Position numbers and translations under genes: made by a program. Positions 55,923-64,000 of a stretch of 64,000 nt of DNA are shown piece after piece. The first letter of the stretch is position 1. Every line of letters starts with the position of its first letter. The notes under the pieces were generated by a model. It saw only the letters and a list, made by a program, of their open reading frames with translations. It did not search any database and was not told where the DNA came from. The stretch lies in IMG/VR virus record IMGVR_UViG_3300043105_000117, positions 1 to 64,000 of that record; one strand, written 5' to 3'. Source of the stretch: a virus. Lineage: Duplodnaviria; Caudoviricetes.

Positions 55923-56303
55923 CTAAATGTAATTGCAAGGTGTATTATGAATCTTCTCAAAGAATATTCTGAATACCACATATTCTTTTGTGAGTTCATA
56001 GTCGGCTTCGCTTCTGATTGCGATGTACTCGATGAAGTTATCGTGGTCGTTTCGCTCTAACATCTTGAAATCATTGAAACCTTTGGTAACTCGCATTAGA
56101 CGTTTGATTGTGTCCTCCGCAGCCTTGAAGTTGGAGAATATCTTACTATATTCAAGCATCAGGTTTTCTCGCTCGGCTTTATAGGTTGTCGGCCCGGTGT
56201 AGTACTTTAGAACATACACCTCACTTCCTTTCTCATACAAATGCGCCCAATCGGAGTCCGCACATTTTGGATAGTCCTCTTGAAAAAATCTAAACTTCTT
56301 CAT
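55923..56303 (-). CDS. Hypothetical protein
   Basis: ORF with AAGAGTATG start. Confidence 0.7.
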   Translation of the reverse strand: MKKFRFFQEDYPKCADSDWAHLYEKGSEVYVLKYYTGPTTYKAERENLMLEYSKIFSNFKAAEDTIKRLMRVTKGFNDFKMLERNDHDNFIEYIAIRSEADYELTKEYVVFRIFFEKIHNTPCNYI

Positions 56304-56367
56304 ACTCTTTTGTTTTATGGTTAATGATTGTGGAACGGTATTGATGCAATCTCAACCGCCCTGTACC

Positions 56368-56643
56368 TTAGATATCGTGTTGCTGTAACTCTATGGTGAA
56401 CTCGTCTCCATCTCTGTCCTGCACGTTGATGAAATACCCGGTCATGTTCTTTTCTGCATCAAGGAGCGGAAATTTTCTGTAAAATGTAACATTGTCACAA
56501 CTAGGAGAGAGTCCGAATGTGTGTTTAAAAAAGTCCATTCTTTCTTCCGCTTCCTCTTTTGTAGTAAACAAACTTGAATCTGCGGTAAGTACCTCGTCTT
56601 TGATTGCGATAGCCGCAACTACTGAATAAATCTTCATACTCAT
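56368..56643 (-). CDS. Hypothetical protein
   Basis: Start moved to ATGAGTATG at 56643. Confidence 0.7.
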   Translation of the reverse strand: MSMKIYSVVAAIAIKDEVLTADSSLFTTKEEAEERMDFFKHTFGLSPSCDNVTFYRKFPLLDAEKNMTGYFINVQDRDGDEFTIELQQHDI

Positions 56644-56702
56644 GTATTTTAAAGGGTTAATAATTGCAGCCGGGCCACCCGTCACGATGGACCGGCATGT
56701 TG

Positions 56703-56972
56703 TCAGAGTATTGTTGCCTTTGTCTTAATGCACTTGATGTCAAATGTTACATCTTGCGACAACATATTGTCCTTGTCTCGCCACTCGGTCCATTTGTCTC
56801 CGTCCGGGAGTTCAACAGACGCTTCTCTGAATCTTTCCTTTGACAGTATTTTGCGATACCAATCGCACTTCTTTTGGTATGCTTCCTCCGCAACGGCCAG
56901 GTCTAAGTAGTAACTAGGAGTTCCACCCAGTGTTGAAACGATGTAAAGCTTTTGTAAAATCTCTCTCTTCAT
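56703..56972 (-). CDS. Hypothetical protein
   Basis: ORF with AAGAGTATG start. Confidence 0.7.
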   Translation of the reverse strand: MKREILQKLYIVSTLGGTPSYYLDLAVAEEAYQKKCDWYRKILSKERFREASVELPDGDKWTEWRDKDNMLSQDVTFDIKCIKTKATIL

Positions 56973-57071
56973 ACTCTTTGAAATTTTAGTGGTTAAGTAA
57001 TCATGTTAATTGTATCTTGTACAATGGCACACCTATCAAGCGTACCATTGTTTATCAACCTTATTACAATG

Positions 57072-57101
57072 CAAATTTACGAAGTAAATTATAAATAGCA
57101 A
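57072..57101 (-). promoter_or_regulatory. Internal promoter with overlapping palindrome
   Basis: - strand TTG-N19-TAAATTTG; AATTTAC-GAA-GTAAATT at 57074-57090. Confidence 0.6.
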
Positions 57102-57112
57102 TAGGTGAAGTG

Positions 57113-57445
57113 TTAAAAATGCTCGACTTTTATATGTTTTACAACATCATAATAGATGTAGTCCTCAAAGAAGTTGAGCACGTCCTTAAACGAGGGAAAT
57201 TCTCTGATATTACCTCCGCTATCTGTCACGAGCCAACTATCGAACACTTTGGGTGGCTCAGGATTAGCGCAACAGTCGCATCCGCAGTCGCCTTTGTCAA
57301 TAAGGAACTCCCAGGACTCTTCTTCATTGCCATTAGGTTGCAACATCGGAAGCTTTGTTCCGATTACGATTCTGTACTCAGTTGGTTTCTCTGCAATTGT
57401 CAGCATGCATTCTTTCAGTTGGTCTTTCATTTCCACAATTCTCAT
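57113..57445 (-). CDS. Hypothetical protein
   Basis: ORF with AAAGTATG start. Confidence 0.7.
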   Translation of the reverse strand: MRIVEMKDQLKECMLTIAEKPTEYRIVIGTKLPMLQPNGNEEESWEFLIDKGDCGCDCCANPEPPKVFDSWLVTDSGGNIREFPSFKDVLNFFEDYIYYDVVKHIKVEHF

Positions 57446-57480
57446 ACTTTCATTAATTTTAGTGATTAAACAATACCCTT

Positions 57481-58014
57481 CTATAATACGTGAACATAGG
57501 CGATTTTACCGTCGTAGCTGCAACCTTGATACTCGATGTATTCTTTGGTGAATAGCGGAATATCGGGCTCGCCATCCCTTGTAACGGTCGCCCACGTTTC
57601 GTTGTCCGGTTTCCCGTTTCTGACGAAAACGGAATAGTAATTGCGGTTACGGTCTTGGAACAGCCAATATCCGTTGTGCGCTGACTCAAAGTGTGCATCG
57701 CGTACTCTCTTCATCTCGTAGTATTGGATATTGCTCATTCCGATAAGCGCGTCAAACACCTCATCACATTTGCCGTATAAGTGCCCGTATTCGCCCTCCA
57801 GCCGACTGATGTATCTTACGATATTATCCCAAAGAAACGATGATGTATCTCTTCGCTCAGGATAGTCGAGGGTTCTAGCGTACTCTACGTTCTCTATGAA
57901 CGTCTTAGCTTGAAACTCTGACAGTCTGCCGACCTTTATAATGTCAGCGACCAAATCACCGGTTTTGTAACCGTTAGGCTCTCTGTCGAGCACTGTGAAC
58001 TTAATTTTCTCCAT
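57481..58014 (-). CDS. Hypothetical protein
   Basis: ORF with AAGAGTATG start. Confidence 0.7.
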   Translation of the reverse strand: MEKIKFTVLDREPNGYKTGDLVADIIKVGRLSEFQAKTFIENVEYARTLDYPERRDTSSFLWDNIVRYISRLEGEYGHLYGKCDEVFDALIGMSNIQYYEMKRVRDAHFESAHNGYWLFQDRNRNYYSVFVRNGKPDNETWATVTRDGEPDIPLFTKEYIEYQGCSYDGKIAYVHVL

Positions 58015-58082
58015 ACTCTTAAAATTTAGTTAAACAATATTAGTATCGGGCGCAAGCTACCAACCTGCGCCCGATTTGTTTG

Positions 58083-59150
58083 TTAGTGAGTGATGCGACA
58101 TCTCAGCTTGAAGTAAGCCTCATGAACTCCATTGAAAGAATCTGCTGTTTTCTTTCTCTTTCCCGGAACATTACGGTATCTGCAATAGCCCAGCCCAACC
58201 TCGGTGACCGAGCTGAGAAGCAGTCCGCGTGTACGTGGATGAATCTTAAAGCTGACGGAATCAGCAAGCTCTAAAAAGTCCGCGGTACTGAGAAACTCTC
58301 CATGTTCAATCTTTGCGCGTGAAACTTCAAGTCTTGCCTTACGCTCTATCTCTTCCGCTTCCTTTTGCGCTTTTTCTCTCGCTTTACGCTCCGCTCTGTC
58401 CTGTTTCTCTTTTATCGCTCTCATCTCCAGACATCTTTTACGTGATGCAAGGAGCGGAGTCACATCGTAGCCGAGTCGCTTCATTACCTCAATCTCTAAA
58501 TTGTTGAAGTAACAATCAGAATTATCGCCAACCGTATGCGCGGCAATAAAGCCATTTCTTACTTCGAGCGTGAGGGATATTATCTGCGACTTATTGTCCT
58601 CATTGCACTTTACGTAAGTACCGAGTTGGAATATCACACCATTAATTTCGGTGAAATACAAGTCGTTGTAATCATCAATAGACTCACAATATACACAGTC
58701 TGCTATCTTGGAAAGAACTATCGGATAGTCGGTCAGCGTGTTGCCATCTTGCTTGTATCGCAAGGCATGAACCTTGACCATACCCTCAGGCAGTTGCTGC
58801 TTGGCTTTCTCTTTCAGTTCCCAAATAACCGGCAATTCCGGATGAACAGCTCTGCGTATAATCTCTGCTTTGGGAGATGGCTTACACTGCGCGAAGTCAT
58901 GGTTTTGGAAACGATTCAAGAAATGCGGCACGTTTGGAATTATATCATATGCCAGCTTCACAGGAACGTCTGCCTCAATCCAATAAACTCCGTTAAGCTC
59001 CAGAACAAACGTCACTTTATCATCGTCCATAGGACGTGTGATGTAAGCGTTGTCTGCAATCTTCGCGATGTTCATCGTCTTAGACTTTAGTGTTGTGCCA
59101 TTCTCGACGTAGAGGATTCCACTCACTCTTTTGTAACTTAAATTCTCCAT
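58083..59150 (-). CDS. Hypothetical protein with charged coiled coil
   Basis: Start moved to AAAAGTATG at 59150; IHPRTRG motif. Confidence 0.7.
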   Translation of the reverse strand: MENLSYKRVSGILYVENGTTLKSKTMNIAKIADNAYITRPMDDDKVTFVLELNGVYWIEADVPVKLAYDIIPNVPHFLNRFQNHDFAQCKPSPKAEIIRRAVHPELPVIWELKEKAKQQLPEGMVKVHALRYKQDGNTLTDYPIVLSKIADCVYCESIDDYNDLYFTEINGVIFQLGTYVKCNEDNKSQIISLTLEVRNGFIAAHTVGDNSDCYFNNLEIEVMKRLGYDVTPLLASRKRCLEMRAIKEKQDRAERKAREKAQKEAEEIERKARLEVSRAKIEHGEFLSTADFLELADSVSFKIHPRTRGLLLSSVTEVGLGYCRYRNVPGKRKKTADSFNGVHEAYFKLRCRITH

Positions 59151-59214
59151 ACTTTTGATTTTTAGTAAAACAATAATAGTTGATGGGCAAGCGTTCAGTC
59201 TCACCCACCATAAA

Positions 59215-59535
59215 TCAGTCACCGAACATTGACTTGCAGGTTATCTGGCAAAGTTCAAGCGGTGTTTTGCCCGTGAAGTCCAAATCTACAACCGAGAGAA
59301 TGAGGTCAATTAGTTTTCTGAATACCATGAAGCACATTTCGTTATAGAAATTCCGGTCTATCACATTGGTAGACACAAGTGGCTTAACATCCTCTTCAAA
59401 CATTGTAAGTGCACAGCGAGGGCCTTCGGAATAATCTATGTAAAGGCCGTACATCCAGCATTCACTCACGTGGTTTCCGTAGTGTTTCTTGCAAGCGTTT
59501 ACAACATCTCTTTTAGCATTTTCGTAATAATTCAT
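59215..59535 (-). CDS. Hypothetical protein
   Basis: ORF with AAGAGTATG start. Confidence 0.7.
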   Translation of the reverse strand: MNYYENAKRDVVNACKKHYGNHVSECWMYGLYIDYSEGPRCALTMFEEDVKPLVSTNVIDRNFYNEMCFMVFRKLIDLILSVVDLDFTGKTPLELCQITCKSMFGD

Positions 59536-59620
59536 ACTCTTATAATTTTAAAGTGAAACAATAAATCGTGAAGATGCCCGAACCCAATCGGACACCCTCT
59601 CATAATACCTAAACTAGTAA

Positions 59621-60487
59621 TTAGAAATCGACTGTTCCTATCTCCTGCTCCATCTTGCGACGGAACTCATATGGGTAAGGCTTGTAAACGTCCTTATAGT
59701 TCGGATTTGGACGATATAGCTCAATTTCCTTTTCAGTTGTGTTGATGTAACAATCAACCACGCTGCCATTGCAATAAGTCCGGACAAGCTTAGCACCCAC
59801 AGGCAATTCCGCTACCGAACTAAAATACAGTTCCGAAATGTTGTGAGATAGCTTGTAACGCTTGAATGTGTCATTGCCGTCCCACTCGGTTTTTGTTGCG
59901 CCAACATAAGCCAGGAATCTGTCAAGTTGCTCGACACTCACAAATCCGAAAGCAATGAAACAGCTCCAATTGGTATTGTCGATTGTAACCGGCCATTTAC
60001 CTTCTTCTCTTTTATTCAGGTAAACGTTAATGAATGTGCGTGACTGCCAAGTGTAAGGAATCGACCAACGTCTGACGGGAGCACTAAAATGAAGCCCGCC
60101 ACCGGCACAAGCACCAACGCGGCCAAACGTCCAGAAGTCTGCCTCATCGTCACCGACGAGATTAAACTCCGACCTGTCGTGAGTGAAGAATGGACCGCCA
60201 CTAATTGAAGTACCAATCCATTTCGTACTATCGAACACACTGACCGAACCTTCCGCGCAAACTGTAATCTTGTCACCGACTATCTTGTCGATACGTCCAT
60301 ATTGATACTCATACATTCCATCGTAATAAGCACCCTGAACCAAGTCACCTACGTGAGGCTCATTGTCGGAAAGCTGCATTGCAGAAATCAGTCCGATATA
60401 GTGGTCTACAATCTGAAAATCTCTTTCCGTAAGGTCGTAACGCATAGCATATGAACCATTAGCCTCGATAAACTCTTTTCTCTCCAT
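59621..60487 (-). CDS. DUF4121-like protein
   Basis: PHVGD...SISGGPF...FWTFG..GACAGGGL.F.A.V..W. Confidence 0.65.
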   Translation of the reverse strand: MERKEFIEANGSYAMRYDLTERDFQIVDHYIGLISAMQLSDNEPHVGDLVQGAYYDGMYEYQYGRIDKIVGDKITVCAEGSVSVFDSTKWIGTSISGGPFFTHDRSEFNLVGDDEADFWTFGRVGACAGGGLHFSAPVRRWSIPYTWQSRTFINVYLNKREEGKWPVTIDNTNWSCFIAFGFVSVEQLDRFLAYVGATKTEWDGNDTFKRYKLSHNISELYFSSVAELPVGAKLVRTYCNGSVVDCYINTTEKEIELYRPNPNYKDVYKPYPYEFRRKMEQEIGTVDF

Positions 60488-60567
60488 ACTCTTAAATTTT
60501 AAAGTGAAACATAAATGAATTAGAAAGCTACGCGGCTGTCACACCACGTAGCCCACAATACTAACAA

Positions 60568-61014
60568 TTAACACCTGACGTCGGTCAGAAACACTACTCT
60601 ATTCGCTTCCAAAGCGGAGAATAGTGAGGCCTCGTCAGTTATGGGTCTCTTATGAGGCTTGAAGTCAATGTACTCGTAGTAACACAGCCCGAAATTTACA
60701 GCTTCCTTGATTGTCATTGGATACATAAACATGATTTTCAGCTTCCGTTCCATATTACTGTTGCGCGGCACAAATTGAAAGATTTTGTCTGCAAACACCT
60801 GTCTGCAAACGTTCTTTATTGCATGCTCGACATCATTGAACAATCTCGGAGCAGACTTAACGAATGCACCGGGTAACGTACTCCAATATTTCTCTCTCAC
60901 CATATTGCCTTTGCTATCCATTACACGAACGTTGTTAGAACCATTCTCAAAGATTGGCAATATGCCGCGTGAAGTCTTGATTGCGAGTCCACGATAGATA
61001 ATTTGGTAACTCAT
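60568..61014 (-). CDS. Hypothetical protein
   Basis: ORF with CATAGTATG start. Confidence 0.7.
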   Translation of the reverse strand: MSYQIIYRGLAIKTSRGILPIFENGSNNVRVMDSKGNMVREKYWSTLPGAFVKSAPRLFNDVEHAIKNVCRQVFADKIFQFVPRNSNMERKLKIMFMYPMTIKEAVNFGLCYYEYIDFKPHKRPITDEASLFSALEANRVVFLTDVRC

Positions 61015-61087
61015 ACTATGAATATTTTAAATTAAACATTAGTAGTCGGACGGACTGTCACATCCATCCGACATTCGCTTCATATGC

Positions 61088-61339
61088 TTACTTTGTCACA
61101 TCTTCCGGGATAGTACCGTTTGAAAGTCTGATTCCGAACGCACCGGCATAAACCGCAGCCAAGTTCGCGTCAGGATTATCGACCATATAGGCCGCAACTT
61201 TGCGAAGCTTCGCGGATATCTGCATCGGACTCCATCCGAAGAATATCTTCAAACGCTCCTTGAATGTCTGATGAACACTTGATGTTGAAATCATCTTGTA
61301 AGCATAAGCAACTCTGAGTTTTCTTTCTTCTTTAGTCAT
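61088..61339 (-). CDS. Hypothetical protein
   Basis: ORF with AAGAGTATG start. Confidence 0.7.
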   Translation of the reverse strand: MTKEERKLRVAYAYKMISTSSVHQTFKERLKIFFGWSPMQISAKLRKVAAYMVDNPDANLAAVYAGAFGIRLSNGTIPEDVTK

Positions 61340-61405
61340 ACTCTTTAATTTTTAGGTTAAACATGTCGTAACCGGCACGACTATCACATCGTACCGGCCG
61401 TTTCA

Positions 61406-61816
61406 CTAAATCACATATTTAAGAGGCAATCTCTCGTATGCTTCTCTGTATGCTCTCTCACCAATGCCGTACTTTGTAACGCTTTTCTGAACGTTATATA
61501 CGACCTCATTGCGGACGCTCAAACGGATACTATATCTGTTATCGTTGAATAGTCTGAATCCGTCATCTTTGAAAGCTTTGCGGACATCGGCAGGGAGCAA
61601 CGTAAGGACGCGCAATGCGCATTGCATCCTGTTTATTCTCTCAACGTCGCTTACTGAGTATTCTCTGTGTCGAGGTATCGAGAACTTTAATTCACTCTCG
61701 ATGGACTCCGGGTATCTGTAAGTTCCATTTTCCGTTGTCACAGTCACCATTCCATTCTCGACTACTTTATTCTCGCAGTTCACGATTTCGCTGATTTCTC
61801 TTTTAATACTCTTCAT
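61406..61816 (-). CDS. Hypothetical protein
   Basis: ORF with AAGAGTATG start. Confidence 0.7.
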   Translation of the reverse strand: MKSIKREISEIVNCENKVVENGMVTVTTENGTYRYPESIESELKFSIPRHREYSVSDVERINRMQCALRVLTLLPADVRKAFKDDGFRLFNDNRYSIRLSVRNEVVYNVQKSVTKYGIGERAYREAYERLPLKYVI

Positions 61817-61881
61817 ACTCTTATTTTTTTAATTAAACATTCAGTGGGTTGCGCGACTATCACACCGCGCAATCCTTTTTG

Positions 61882-62037
61882 TCAATCGGCCCATGTGTCG
61901 AAGTACACCTCTCGTGTTGAGAACAGGTCACGTCTGCAACCGAACTCTTTCACACAATCATCAATTACATCTTTTGCCTCCTGAATATCGTCATAATATC
62001 CATAGCACCAACCATCATAATTAAGTTCAATCTCCAT
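61882..62037 (-). CDS. Small acidic protein (51 aa)
   Basis: Read by eye; fills one cassette exactly, AAGAGTATG start. Confidence 0.65.
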   Translation of the reverse strand: MEIELNYDGWCYGYYDDIQEAKDVIDDCVKEFGCRRDLFSTREVYFDTWAD

Positions 62038-62107
62038 ACTCTTTGAATTTTAAGTTAATAAATAGGTTGTGGCGCGACTTTGATGCAATCGCAGTCGCCC
62101 TTTTAGT

Positions 62108-62320
62108 TTATTCCTCAAATCCTATTCTCCGCATACATTTCTTTACCCATGCGGGAGTTGCATAAATACGTTTAACGCTTGACACAACGGCATAGCCTCC
62201 GTTCGCCACGAATTGAATGTGGTCTATTGGCTTTGCTTTTGCTTTAGCTTCCGCAAGCGTGTGATAGTCCTGTATTCCATACCGATTCACGACTCTGTAA
62301 ATAATTCCTCTCATACTCAT
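62108..62320 (-). CDS. Hypothetical protein
   Basis: Start moved to ATGAGTATG at 62320. Confidence 0.65.
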   Translation of the reverse strand: MSMRGIIYRVVNRYGIQDYHTLAEAKAKAKPIDHIQFVANGGYAVVSSVKRIYATPAWVKKCMRRIGFEE

Positions 62321-62388
62321 AAAATTTAAATTAGACATTCGGGTTGATAATGGTAGTCCGGAACGTTGCCACACGCGCCGGACATTTT

Positions 62389-62760
62389 TTACATCACCGT
62401 AATACTGTCACCAAATCCACTGTACACAAGCCCATTCAGTTCATATATCGGCATGAAGTTACTCGTGAAACCTTGAAAGTGGAAGTCGCGGGCCGATGAT
62501 GAAAAGATGAGGTTTTTCGTTCTCTCGTCCACGACTGCCTTACGCTTATTTGCAATCTTACGCAGCCATCGCAGGCCCTGTTCACCTTGCTCGAATGTAA
62601 CGGGGATTCCTTTGCTTTTGAACTCCGGAATGGTAGTCCTTTTATAGACTGTAACTCCGTTGCGCTCTGACATTTTCTTTAATGCCTGAATCTGGCTCTT
62701 TGTGATGTAACCTTGACTCTTGATTTCCTCGAAAATACTCTCTTTAGTTCTCATACTCAT
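62389..62760 (-). CDS. Basic hypothetical protein
   Basis: ATGAGTATG start. Confidence 0.7.
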   Translation of the reverse strand: MSMRTKESIFEEIKSQGYITKSQIQALKKMSERNGVTVYKRTTIPEFKSKGIPVTFEQGEQGLRWLRKIANKRKAVVDERTKNLIFSSSARDFHFQGFTSNFMPIYELNGLVYSGFGDSITVM

Positions 62761-62822
62761 GTTATTTTAAGTTAGACAATAGTTGTAGTCGGATGGCCTG
62801 TCACAGCCACCCGGCCTTTTTT

Positions 62823-63815
62823 TCATTCGTAGTACGATTTGACGTCATCGAATATGCGTTTCAATTCAGATTTGGCAAGTTCCGGATATTTATCACGGAA
62901 CACCGTATAAAAGTCGTCAAACTCTGAATCTGAATTGTTGTAGAGATAATCATCAATCTCGTCCCACATGCACCAATAATCATCATCAGGCATGTCGTCA
63001 ATCCCACTTTTGATATCTCCGAAGTCCCATTCGTACCACTTGGAGTTGTTTCCGATACTCAATCTGTTTCTGTGCGGATAGTCATGAACTAGTGAGCATA
63101 ACAGGTCGTGCACCATACTAGTGCATCTGTTCAGGTCGTCAATTACCGTTATCTCATGGTCTGTATGCGGTTCATAATATCCGCATGAAAGATTGATACA
63201 TGAAACACCGACTCCGTTCTGAACTAATTGGTAGACGTCAGTCAGTGAACCGTCGCACTCATGATATCCGTAAGTTTCCGGCTCGACGTCCGAGATGAAA
63301 TCTTCACTGCATATCGGTGTGCCGCAAGCATTGGTAATCATGTCAGAACGTCCTCGACGGTCGCACTGAATGATATACTTAACATCCTTGAAGAACTCCA
63401 TGTCGCAGTTTGCACTTCCCAGACATCCGACTTCCTCTTCCGCAAAGAATGCAAGCTTGATATTGTCAATATCTTCAAGCAAACATGTAAGAGCGACATA
63501 GATACCGTTTTTATCATCTGCTCCGAGCCCTTCCTGTCTGCGGTTTTTCGGTGAATATCCTAGCAGAATACCGTCCGACTCAATGACCTTGAAATCCTTT
63601 GAGTGTGAGTGACTGCGAACCTGGTCCATATGTGCGACCACGCAAGGATAGCTCTCCGATTTACCTTTGGTTATGTAGAGATTAACACCGTCGTCCGCGA
63701 TTGCCGCGTCGGGAGCATTTTTGCTAACCCACTCAGTGATAAACTCTCTCATCTTACACTCTTTGCCACTAGGAGAATAAATCATATACAACTCCTTCAA
63801 TAAATCTAGATTCAT
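62823..63815 (-). CDS. M28/M20-like zinc peptidase with acidic tail
   Basis: VAHMD, GADDKNG, EEVGC.GS, DRRG, GYYEPHT; start moved to 63815. Confidence 0.85.
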   Translation of the reverse strand: MNLDLLKELYMIYSPSGKECKMREFITEWVSKNAPDAAIADDGVNLYITKGKSESYPCVVAHMDQVRSHSHSKDFKVIESDGILLGYSPKNRRQEGLGADDKNGIYVALTCLLEDIDNIKLAFFAEEEVGCLGSANCDMEFFKDVKYIIQCDRRGRSDMITNACGTPICSEDFISDVEPETYGYHECDGSLTDVYQLVQNGVGVSCINLSCGYYEPHTDHEITVIDDLNRCTSMVHDLLCSLVHDYPHRNRLSIGNNSKWYEWDFGDIKSGIDDMPDDDYWCMWDEIDDYLYNNSDSEFDDFYTVFRDKYPELAKSELKRIFDDVKSYYE

Positions 63816-63889
63816 ACTTTTATTTTTTAAATTATACATTCAGTTGATTGTGTCAGTGCGTGAAGTATCACCCTCGCGCACTGTTTTTG

Positions 63890-64000
63890 TTAAGCCTCGG
63901 TCAATTCCTCGGTTTTCACGATTTCGGTCCATGCTTGACGTTCCGTATCCCACTCAAACTCATCAGTCGGAATGTTTTCTTCGAGAGCCTTGACCCATTT
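63890..64000 (-). CDS. 3' end of a gene truncated by window edge
   Basis: Open frame ...EFEWDTERQAWTEIVKTEELTEA-stop, followed by hairpin. Confidence 0.55.
   Translation of the reverse strand, partial: KWVKALEENIPTDEFEWDTERQAWTEIVKTEELTEA

Larger units (their letters stand above)
53664..63883 (-). repeat. Array of 17 intergenic hairpins with conserved loops plus stereotyped initiation regions
   Basis: Hairpins at about 53664, 54997, 55611, 56332, 56669, 57021, 58045, 59181, 59570, 60527, 61045, 61372, 61846, 62071, 62356, 62788, 63854. Confidence 0.85.

Noticed and set aside
53664-63883. CRISPR array or simple terminator series as explanation of the repeated hairpins
   Set aside because: The repeats are not identical and are separated by whole genes; on the coding strand they lack downstream U-tracts and have conserved loops.
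1-64000. Stop-codon reassignment as in some gut phages
   Set aside because: Core genes (terL, portal, MCP, TMP) are full length in the standard code and coding density is high.
1-64000. Host-prophage junction or att site
   Set aside because: No bacterial housekeeping genes, real tRNA target or flanking direct repeat is visible, so lifestyle cannot be determined from this window.

Overview
The whole 64 kb window reads as tailed-phage DNA with no host housekeeping genes. It is most likely a Bacteroidota (Bacteroidales/Prevotella-like) siphovirus, judged from TTTG-N19-20-TAnnTTTG promoters, A-rich SD-less initiation regions, DUF3127/DUF4494/DUF4121-type genes, a 2735-aa tape measure protein and no tail sheath. 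ORFs read normally in the standard code. Modules: (1) 18-3745 Cys-rich operon of unknown function, interrupted by a NUMOD4-HNH gene; (2) 3815-5494 leftward lysis cassette; (3) 5752-7388 lambda-O-like initiator with internal iterons; (4) 8114-31299 long rightward operon (SNF2-like helicase, VRR-NUC, TIGR02757-like, ERF, exonuclease, SSB-like, dUTPase, many small accessory ORFs) with two structured non-coding islands holding tRNA-like elements; (5) 31334-36747 leftward terminase/portal block; (6) 36948-51807 rightward Com-like regulator, capsid and tail block with a -1 frameshift; (7) 51863-64000 leftward accessory region. The strongest unexplained signal is in (7): 17 intergenic hairpins, 12 with a related (T)GTGRYAG-type loop, each followed by a stereotyped ...AGTATG/A-rich initiation region. 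They divide the region into one- or two-gene cassettes, one of which is an intact tyrosine recombinase. All family assignments come from motif recognition by eye; no searches were run.
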